Source of the DNA: a virus
Taxonomy: Duplodnaviria > Caudoviricetes
Strand: one strand, 5' to 3'
Length of the DNA: 24,037 bases
IMG/VR virus record: IMGVR_UViG_3300048886_002032
Coordinates: 1 to 24,037 of that record
The notes under the pieces were generated by a model. That model was not told the DNA's origin. It ran no database searches and saw only the letters and a program-made list of their open reading frames with translations. The first letter of the stretch is position 1, and each line of letters opens with the position of its first letter. The translations under genes and the position numbers were made by a program. This document shows, piece after piece, positions 18,030 to 24,037 of the stretch.

Positions 18030-18248
18030 ATGAAAAATAAAACTAAAAATTTAAAAATTAAATGGGAAAAAACTTTAACTGAAATTCGGAAAAGTGATCA
18101 AGAGCGTGACGAGCTAATTGAGCAAATTTTAATAAAAACGCAAATTGAAAACAAGCCTCACGGTTTCTCCAAGGATGAACTTAATAAGTACGAGGCTTGG
18201 TTGTTAATGCAAAAAGATTTTATATTAACGAATAAACTTCTTTTTTAG
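18030..18248 (+). CDS. Hypothetical protein
   Basis: ATG 18030 preceded by GGGGGG SD (ORF track starts at TTG 18015). Confidence 0.6.
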   Translation: MKNKTKNLKIKWEKTLTEIRKSDQERDELIEQILIKTQIENKPHGFSKDELNKYEAWLLMQKDFILTNKLLF

Positions 18249-18341
18249 ATTTAGAAAAAAATATTTTTTTTAATAACAGGCCCGAGGAGTAAAAAAAGGG
18301 CCACGCATAAACCAATTAACTTTTTAACAAATGGAGATTTT

Positions 18342-18692
18342 ATGAAAAATTTAAAAGAAATGCCTCTCGAAAATGCCGGTTATAGAATTTTAGTTTCTGC
18401 TCACTCTTTAGAAGAGCAAATTTTGATTGTTGTTTTTGGCATGAATGAAAATTTTGAATTCGTCACTTGGACATTCAACAGTTTAACCGGCGGTTTTGAA
18501 AACGGCGCTTATTCTCACAATTTCAAAAAGATCACGAATCTTTTTGATCGAAAAATTGAAAGAGTTTTACGTTTTTATCATACCGATGCCTTCGATTTTT
18601 TCGCTGAAAAAAGAATCTATGATCAAGAGGCCATTCGAAATTTATGCGCATTTTTAGATGATGAAGAGGGAAAAAAAGACATGATGAAATAG
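18342..18692 (+). CDS. Hypothetical protein
   Basis: 116 aa, SD GGAG. Confidence 0.75.
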   Translation: MKNLKEMPLENAGYRILVSAHSLEEQILIVVFGMNENFEFVTWTFNSLTGGFENGAYSHNFKKITNLFDRKIERVLRFYHTDAFDFFAEKRIYDQEAIRNLCAFLDDEEGKKDMMK

Positions 18693-18721
18693 AGAATAAT
18701 TAAATTCTCTATAAAAAAGGA

Positions 18722-19306
18722 GTGTTCATTATGAACCGATTAGAAAATTTAAACAAAAAGTTTAAAAAAGACATTAAAAATTCTTTAGAAAATGGCGAGC
18801 GTTATCCAAAGGTTTTAAAGGAAGGCCTTCAAAAATTAATGGTTACTAACCATAAAAATGATAAAAAAGGTTTTAGTCCCAAAGAAATTGCCGACGAAAC
18901 TGGCATGAATCCTGATTTACTTTATCGCTGGCGCTATCAAGCTCTAGACCCAAATGGCCAAAAGTATAGCAATGATTCTAAAGTTGTAAAAAGCCTTAAA
19001 AGAGCAAAAAAAGCAATTTTAAAACCTTCTAAAAAAGTTACTACTTCAAAACCTTCTAAAGAAGTTGATTCATTCAAAGACGCAATTTTCAAAAAGATTC
19101 ATCATTCCGATATAATTTCGCAATTAAACGGAATTTTAGATGAGAGTGTTCACAATTTTGAGGAATTAGAAGAGTTTGAAATTACAGAAATTAAAAAAAT
19201 CATCGAATGGGCCTCAATCCTTTTAGAAAAAATTGAGGATTTTAGTCACGAAACTATCGACATGAATGACTTTATTTTCGGTAGCAATAAAAGGAAGGAA
19301 AAATGA
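18722..19306 (+). CDS. HTH DNA-binding protein (IS3 OrfA-like HTH)
   Basis: 'RYPKVLKE...FSPKEIADETGMNPDLLYRWR'; SD AAGGAG, true start probably ATG 18731. Confidence 0.65.
   Translation: MFIMNRLENLNKKFKKDIKNSLENGERYPKVLKEGLQKLMVTNHKNDKKGFSPKEIADETGMNPDLLYRWRYQALDPNGQKYSNDSKVVKSLKRAKKAILKPSKKVTTSKPSKEVDSFKDAIFKKIHHSDIISQLNGILDESVHNFEELEEFEITEIKKIIEWASILLEKIEDFSHETIDMNDFIFGSNKRKEK
19021..19066 (+). repeat. In-frame direct repeat, period 27 bp (KPSKKV/KPSKEV)
   Basis: AAAACCTTCTAAA(A/G)AAGTT at 19021 and 19048, 18/19 identical. Confidence 0.7.
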
Positions 19307-19545
19307 TTTTTAAAAGAAAATTGTTAAAGAAAAAACTCATAAAAAAAGAAAAACAAAAGGCCGGTCGCCCTAAAATTTGGGGGCCGGACGAAAAGTTCAA
19401 TAAAACTTTTCGGTTATCTCAAAAACAGCAAGACTTGATCTATGAGAATCATCCATCCCTTCAAGACTGGTTTGAAAATTACTTTTTAAAATTTGAAAAG
19501 GACATTGAGAAAAAAGAGGCCTTGAAATTAAATTTAATCGCATAA
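19303..19545 (+). CDS. AT-hook/RHH-like small regulator (paralog A)
   Basis: 'GRPKIWG...FNKTFRLS'; 23/52 identical to the 21278..21505 product. Confidence 0.7.
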   Translation: MIFKRKLLKKKLIKKEKQKAGRPKIWGPDEKFNKTFRLSQKQQDLIYENHPSLQDWFENYFLKFEKDIEKKEALKLNLIA

Positions 19546-19556
19546 AGGGGTGAGTA

Positions 19557-19724
19557 ATGAAAGTTAAAGAATTGATTAAAATTTTAAAAGAATTTGACCA
19601 AGAAAAAGATGTCATCGGGGTTTATTTGGACCATTACGAGGAAATTCCATTTGTTGAGAACGTTGAAACCGTTTCCGACAATAATGGCCATGCTCAACTA
19701 AATTTGACGAGTGTAATTGAGTAA
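19557..19724 (+). CDS. Small hypothetical phage protein (55 aa)
   Basis: Not in the ORF track; SD AGGGG(TGA), MKVKELIKILKEFDQEKDV...SVIE*; 'MKVKELI..L' is a common phage N-terminus. Confidence 0.75.
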   Translation: MKVKELIKILKEFDQEKDVIGVYLDHYEEIPFVENVETVSDNNGHAQLNLTSVIE

Positions 19725-19750
19725 AAAGGATTCTTTTATGATTAAGTCTT

Positions 19751-19784
19751 AAGGGTCAACAATTTGTTGGCCCTTTACTTTTTT
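19751..19784 (+). terminator. Intrinsic terminator-like hairpin
   Basis: AAGGGTCAACA-ATT-TGTTGGCCCTT (one G-U pair) followed by TACTTTTTT. Confidence 0.55.
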
Positions 19785-19796
19785 ATTGGAGAAAAA

Positions 19797-20018
19797 ATGA
19801 AATTCTTAAACGAGATTGAAACCCTTTTAAAAAATTATAAAGCTGAAATGATGAAAATTGTTAAGGCCAATAACTTCACAAAAGGAAATGAATTAAAAGA
19901 ATTATCGTCTATTAACAAATTATTATCAATTGCCACGAAAGAGCTAAAAATTCATTCAGGAAAATCAATTTTTAGAAATTTTGACGGCCAAATTGATAAA
20001 AATAAAACGAGGAAATAA
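19797..20018 (+). CDS. Hypothetical protein
   Basis: ATG 19797 with SD GGAG (ORF track starts at 19764). Confidence 0.65.
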   Translation: MKFLNEIETLLKNYKAEMMKIVKANNFTKGNELKELSSINKLLSIATKELKIHSGKSIFRNFDGQIDKNKTRK

Positions 20019-20020
20019 AA

Positions 20021-20437
20021 ATGGATAAAACAACAAAACGCCTAATTAAAAATTGCGCTATTATTAATGATGATTGTCGCAACAGTATTCCTTTGAATGG
20101 GTTAATTCATCGGATTGTAGAATTAAACGCCATCGATAAGGATTTTGGAACTGATTTTTATAGGGCCAAACTTCATAATTGCACTTTAACTTTAACGCCT
20201 AAAGTTCTTTTATCAGAAAAAACTTGGGAAATTTTATGGAAAGTCCAAAATTTCAACGTCTTTAACAACTCAAACGACCCCCATGGAGAGCATGATTTTG
20301 GGATTATTGAAGTTGATAAGGAATCATACAATTTTAAATTCGACTATTACCAAGACGAAACTCTTCAATATACCGCCGATAACTATTTAATAGACGCCTA
20401 TAGAGTTTTAACCATTCTTCATTCAACGGAGTATTAA
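20021..20437 (+). CDS. DUF3768-family protein
   Basis: 'F...NDPHGEHDFG', 'FKFDYY', 'RVLTI...EY' signature. Confidence 0.85.
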   Translation: MDKTTKRLIKNCAIINDDCRNSIPLNGLIHRIVELNAIDKDFGTDFYRAKLHNCTLTLTPKVLLSEKTWEILWKVQNFNVFNNSNDPHGEHDFGIIEVDKESYNFKFDYYQDETLQYTADNYLIDAYRVLTILHSTEY

Positions 20438-20737
20438 ATGGATAAAAAAACTAAAACTTTAAAGTGTCGATCTTGCGAAAGACCTATCAAAAATTTCGAG
20501 GGAACGCTTAAATTCCCAACTAAACAACAATTAGAAGAAATGAAAAAAGGAATCATGCCCAAACAAATTTGTCATGATTGTTATACCTCTTTTTCAGGAA
20601 CATCTCTTTTAGAAGTAGTTAAAGAAATTGAATTAATTGGTCAACGCCTCGAAAAAATCGATGGGGATATTGTAAAATGGAGATTAAATAAAAAAAGATT
20701 GAAAGATCTTTTTATTCTGGAGGATGAAAATGAATGA
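20438..20737 (+). CDS. Hypothetical protein with putative Zn-binding CxxC pairs
   Basis: 99 aa, CRSC and CHDC; SD GGAG. Confidence 0.65.
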   Translation: MDKKTKTLKCRSCERPIKNFEGTLKFPTKQQLEEMKKGIMPKQICHDCYTSFSGTSLLEVVKEIELIGQRLEKIDGDIVKWRLNKKRLKDLFILEDENE

Positions 20738-20909
20738 TGATGAAAATGATTTAACCGATCAAGAAACGGAATATTTTTTTAAATATTTGAATTTTTCTGA
20801 AAAGGATAAAAGAATATTTTACTTAGAAAATAAGGAAATTCTACATAGCGCCTATAAGAAATTGCAATATGACGAAATGATGCAATTTTTCTTTAACTAC
20901 AACCAATAA
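20724..20909 (+). CDS. Hypothetical protein
   Basis: 61 aa acidic, SD GGAGG (start may be ATG 20730). Confidence 0.6.
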   Translation: MKMNDDENDLTDQETEYFFKYLNFSEKDKRIFYLENKEILHSAYKKLQYDEMMQFFFNYNQ

Positions 20910-20924
20910 AAAAGGAAATAAAAG

Positions 20925-21257
20925 ATGGAAAATAAAACATTCTCAATTAAAGCTTATATCGTTGAATATCAGCATCCTGAAAATTATTCATTCTACGCTT
21001 GTTTTAAGCGTGCTGATATTTATGCAAAATCAAAAGATGACGCTATAAAAATAGTTAATGACCAACTTTCATACAATGGAGATCATTTAAAAAAAGAGTT
21101 TAAGAAAAAAGCTACTTTAATTGATAGGCGTATTCTCCATTGCTTTTTTGATGAAGATGACGCATTTTTTTATAATGATTATGACGATAACAAAATGTTT
21201 ACTCAAAAAGACGAAATGATGAATATGGAATATTTAATTGATAAATATTTAGATTAA
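20925..21257 (+). CDS. Hypothetical protein
   Basis: 110 aa, SD AAGGA. Confidence 0.7.
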   Translation: MENKTFSIKAYIVEYQHPENYSFYACFKRADIYAKSKDDAIKIVNDQLSYNGDHLKKEFKKKATLIDRRILHCFFDEDDAFFYNDYDDNKMFTQKDEMMNMEYLIDKYLD

Positions 21258-21265
21258 TTTTTACC

Positions 21266-21296
21266 CGGTGGCCTCACTTAGGCCACCGCTTTTTTT
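21266..21296 (+). terminator. Intrinsic terminator ending the + strand cassette
   Basis: CGGTGGCCT-CACTT-AGGCCACCG followed by CTTTTTTT; overlaps the stop of the convergent gene. Confidence 0.8.
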
Positions 21297-21505
21297 CTCT
21301 TCTCAACCCGACTTTTTAAAGTAACATAACACTCCTCAAAAAAACTTTGTAGAGTCCTATATTCCGAATAAATTAAAACTTCCTGGCTTTCACTTAAACG
21401 AATAGTTTTATTAAATTTCTTTTCATCGCCCCAAACACGAGGCCGGCCTAATCTAACATTGGCCTTCTTAGTTATTTTCTTTTTAGTTATTTTCTTTTTT
21501 GTCAT
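21278..21505 (-). CDS. AT-hook/RHH-like small regulator (paralog B)
   Basis: 'TKKKI' tandem repeats, 'GRPRVWG...FNKTIRLS'; homologous to 19303..19545. Confidence 0.72.
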   Translation of the reverse strand: MTKKKITKKKITKKANVRLGRPRVWGDEKKFNKTIRLSESQEVLIYSEYRTLQSFFEECYVTLKSRVEKRKKAVA

Positions 21506-21521
21506 TTTTATTCTCTCTTTT

Positions 21522-21569
21522 AAAAAAATAAAAGTGTATAGAGTTTTCTAGCCTCTATACACTTTTATT
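21522..21569 (-). terminator. Perfect 17-bp inverted repeat (terminator or operator)
   Basis: AATAAAAGTGTATAGAG-N9-CTCTATACACTTTTATT, T-run downstream on the - strand. Confidence 0.7.
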
Positions 21570-21670
21570 CTCTGTTTTTTTATGCCCATTAAAAAAGCCA
21601 CTTCGGAACGGTTTGCTTTCGTCACACTTGATTAATAGTGAATCCTTTATACATTATAAAATCATTATTA

Positions 21671-22075
21671 TCAAACAATTTCTAAAATCTTTTTAACATC
21701 TTTTAAAGAAGAAACGAAGGCGGCGCTACCACCACCTTCACGAATCTTTATTTGGAATTCAATTTGTTTTTTAAAATGTTTTTCTTTTTTAGATCTAAGT
21801 AAAAATGAAGGCGTTTCTTTTAATTTTTTTCTATTCGCCTCATAGAACTTTATCGTTGTTGGAGTTTTTACTTCTAAAGCATAAAATTGACTCTTATAAA
21901 ATCCTAGAATGTCCGACCCACCTTGAAGGGCAAACTTACTAACATGTTTCCTCATCGTTTTTCCATCAAAAAAACCACCTGAAATATTTTTCCAAAAAAA
22001 AGAATCTCTTAAAGAATTAAGATAATAAAGTATTTCTTCCTCTATCAAACTCTCTTTTAAAATTTTGGTCATCAA
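21671..22075 (-). CDS. VRR-NUC-like PD-(D/E)xK nuclease (putative Holliday junction resolvase)
   Basis: 'E..IE..I', 'GGSDILG', 'ALEVKTP', 'Q..F...I...GG.A..V.S..DV'. Confidence 0.85.
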   Translation of the reverse strand: MMTKILKESLIEEEILYYLNSLRDSFFWKNISGGFFDGKTMRKHVSKFALQGGSDILGFYKSQFYALEVKTPTTIKFYEANRKKLKETPSFLLRSKKEKHFKKQIEFQIKIREGGGSAAFVSSLKDVKKILEIV

Positions 22076-22412
22076 TAAATTCCTTTTTAAAAATTAAATT
22101 AATAATAAACTTTTCAAAAGTATTATATTCAAGAGGCCAAATAACATTGTCCAGTTCCTGGAATTCAATCTCTTCATTTAAAATAATGAATTCATCCATT
22201 TCTTCTTTATCTAAATCTCTTTTAATTAAAAGTTGTCGATGTCTTATAAGAATAAATTTCTGCTCCTTTTCTAAAAATTCCCATTCCGGAACGTTAAAAG
22301 CTAAATCAACGTAACTTTCCCAATCATCGCCTTTAATTTTAGAACCTGGGATCCCTTTAATATAGATATCTAACGCTATTCTCTCTATAGAATCCCAATT
22401 ATAAAAGGTCAT
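22017..22412 (-). CDS. Hypothetical protein
   Basis: 131 aa, ATGA overlap with the helicase stop. Confidence 0.65.
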   Translation of the reverse strand: MTFYNWDSIERIALDIYIKGIPGSKIKGDDWESYVDLAFNVPEWEFLEKEQKFILIRHRQLLIKRDLDKEEMDEFIILNEEIEFQELDNVIWPLEYNTFEKFIINLIFKKEFIDDQNFKREFDRGRNTLLS

Positions 22413-23254
22413 AAAACGTTTCTCTTTTTAAAGTTGTCTTTTAATTCTAAAAAGTTGATAGAATAGTCTTTAACATAAAGGTTTTTCTCTTTATCAAATT
22501 GTAAATTAAACATTTTATTTTCTACGGTTTGACCTCTATGTTTAGTTATCCTTAAAGTAGGATAATAGAAGTCGTTTAACTGAAACCTCTGTAAAATATA
22601 ACAAAATTGGACTAAATTAATGACGCTTTTACATCCTCTTATATCATTCATATTTATAAGCCTATGGGAATTTTCAGTCATGTCTGCGCCAGTATGGGCC
22701 ACCATGATGAATGGCTTTTTGGCCTCTGCAACCTCTTCTTTTAAAGACTTAATAAAGTAGGATTGATCATCTATAGACCTATCCATATAAAATTCGGATG
22801 TCGTTAAGTTATCAAAAAATATTAAATCGATATCACTATTATGAATAGTTTCTCTGAAATAAGCGTATTTAGTTTTTAAGTCATTTTTTTTAATCAGTTT
22901 AGAATAATTCATTTCCGAATGAATAAGTAATTTTCTTAAGAGTGTTCGTGCGTCCTCTTTCGCCATGGTCTTTAAGGCCATAGAGAATTCTATTAGAAAA
23001 TCGTTTTCCGTTTCTTCACTTAACCAAACCAAAACCTTTTTATCTTTATCACACCTTTTTAAAGCATCTATTATAAGAGAGCGCATTAATGTAGACTTCC
23101 CCCCATGGGCCACCCCTAGATATAAGTGAAGGGCACCCGGTCTATGCCCTTTATGCTCACTCAAAAATTTATAGTCTGAAAACCAGGAAACCTTTTCTCT
23201 CTCTTTTAATAGCTCAAAAACTTCATCTAAAGACTCAGAATTAATTTCTTTCAT
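22409..23254 (-). CDS. SF4 (DnaB/T7 gp4-like) helicase ATPase domain
   Basis: Walker A 'GVAHGGKST', 'WLSEE', Walker B 'IFFDNL', 'MVAH', 'DIRG', 'ITKHRG'. Confidence 0.8.
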   Translation of the reverse strand: MKEINSESLDEVFELLKEREKVSWFSDYKFLSEHKGHRPGALHLYLGVAHGGKSTLMRSLIIDALKRCDKDKKVLVWLSEETENDFLIEFSMALKTMAKEDARTLLRKLLIHSEMNYSKLIKKNDLKTKYAYFRETIHNSDIDLIFFDNLTTSEFYMDRSIDDQSYFIKSLKEEVAEAKKPFIMVAHTGADMTENSHRLINMNDIRGCKSVINLVQFCYILQRFQLNDFYYPTLRITKHRGQTVENKMFNLQFDKEKNLYVKDYSINFLELKDNFKKRNVL

Positions 23255-23298
23255 AAAACCTCGACTACTTATTTAATTATTTTATAATGTATATAGTA

Positions 23299-24037
23299 TT
23301 AATTAATCGGAGTACCGTGGCAACCCGATTTTTTAAAAAAGGCCTCCAAGCGATCCTCTAAAGATTCTTCTTTAGATTCATTTAGATATGAATCAAAATT
23401 TTCGTTAAAAAGCGTTTGAGGTCTTAAATAATTTTTACCCGGCGTTCCATTGGCAAAAATTGTATCACTCCATTCCGCCACTTTTAAATCAATGACTTTT
23501 TTGAAATCTTTTAAAGTATATTTTTCTTTGATGCGGGCCTTTATAAATTTCAAATTTCCGTTTGCGTTATATCTAAAATTCTTGCCTGTTTTTTCGTTGA
23601 GATATTGAATTATCTCTTGGGCCAAAATCAGTTCATTTTGAGCCTCTATTTTCTTAGGGCTTAACTTAGTATTAGTTTCCACTTTAACTTCCATTTCAAG
23701 CTGTTTTTTAATCAATGGCGAGGAGGCCTTTGCTTTAGAAGAGGTCTCATTTATGAATGAATCCTTTTTTATAAATTTTAAAATTGATTTTCTGTCATCG
23801 ATTGAGTTGGAATTTATTCCAACAAAACTTTTGCTTGTTTTTAGTTTAATATATTTTAATATATTAAAAGAATACATAGAGGCCGTGTCGCACAATTTTT
23901 TTTGATGTAATTTATTACACTGGAATGGCGCTAAGGTTCGTAATTTATAGCACTGGAATGACCCTAAGGTTCGTAATTTATAACACTGGAATGACTCGCC
24001 GTTCTCCTTGGAGGCGTGGCATAAAATGGAAATTCTT
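23299..24037 (-). CDS. Phage replication initiator with conserved phage C-terminal domain (Phg_2220_C-like), 5'-truncated
   Basis: 'IIQYLNEKTGKNFR...IKARI...DFKKVID.K..EW...YLRPQTLF..NFDSYLNE'; the frame stays open from 23895 to the window edge. Confidence 0.85.
   Translation of the reverse strand, partial: RISILCHASKENGESFQCYKLRTLGSFQCYKLRTLAPFQCNKLHQKKLCDTASMYSFNILKYIKLKTSKSFVGINSNSIDDRKSILKFIKKDSFINETSSKAKASSPLIKKQLEMEVKVETNTKLSPKKIEAQNELILAQEIIQYLNEKTGKNFRYNANGNLKFIKARIKEKYTLKDFKKVIDLKVAEWSDTIFANGTPGKNYLRPQTLFNENFDSYLNESKEESLEDRLEAFFKKSGCHGTPIN
23908..23995. repeat. 33-bp tandem repeats (~2.7 copies), candidate replication-origin iterons
   Basis: TAATTTATnnCACTGGAATG...CTAAGGTTCG at 23908, 23941 and (partial) 23974, inside the initiator gene. 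Confidence 0.85.

Noticed and set aside
18722-19545. IS3-family insertion sequence
   Set aside because: Only an OrfA-like HTH; no DDE transposase, terminal inverted repeats or target duplication seen.
21590-21630. c-di-GMP-I riboswitch (GCAAACC on the - strand)
   Set aside because: Lacks the GAAA-loop stem and the downstream GACGCAAAGC element.
21671-22075. Vsr mismatch endonuclease explaining the GGCC excess
   Set aside because: Motifs fit VRR-NUC (GxxD...ExK) and lack the Vsr 'FxxGCFWHxH' signature.
23277-23304. Xer dif-like site (ATAATGTATAT matches the E. coli dif centre)
   Set aside because: The XerD arm matches only ~7/11, the XerC arm is poor and the context is AT-rich; better explained by the TATAATGTATA motif.
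23908-23995. CRISPR array
   Set aside because: Repeats are directly tandem with no unique spacers, lie in frame within a CDS, and no cas genes are present.
1-24037. Alternative genetic code, diversity-generating retroelement/retron, tRNA genes or att site
   Set aside because: Genes are intact and densely packed in the standard code with all three stops used; no reverse transcriptase, integrase or tRNA-like sequence was recognised.

Overview
AT-rich (roughly one-third G+C by eye) segment of a tailed phage or prophage. The - strand carries a late operon reading from 17810 towards position 1: ParB-like protein, C5-cytosine MTase, TerS, a small ORF, an N4/N6 MTase, a second small ORF, TerL, Mu-type portal, gpF and protease-scaffold, decoration protein, major capsid, head-tail completion genes, tail tube, frameshifted tail chaperones, tape measure, distal-tail and hub proteins. 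No sheath gene is seen, suggesting a siphovirus-type tail. A divergent + strand cassette of small early or accessory genes spans ~18030-21257, and a - strand replication module (initiator with 33-bp iteron-like repeats, SF4 helicase, VRR-NUC-like nuclease) lies at the right end. No integrase, transposase, RNA gene or CRISPR array is visible. The most striking unexplained signal is GGCC: ~184 copies by hand count versus ~15-20 expected, in a phage carrying two orphan DNA methyltransferases, with ~1-kb GGCC-free gaps that coincide with whole genes. Other notable signals are a pair of paralogous AT-hook/RHH-like regulators, a 26-bp palindromic divergent promoter whose half-site recurs in other intergenic regions, an attenuator-like leader, an antisense RHH gene inside the tail operon, and nested starts in the protease gene. 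Product calls come from motif recognition and gene order; no database searches were run.
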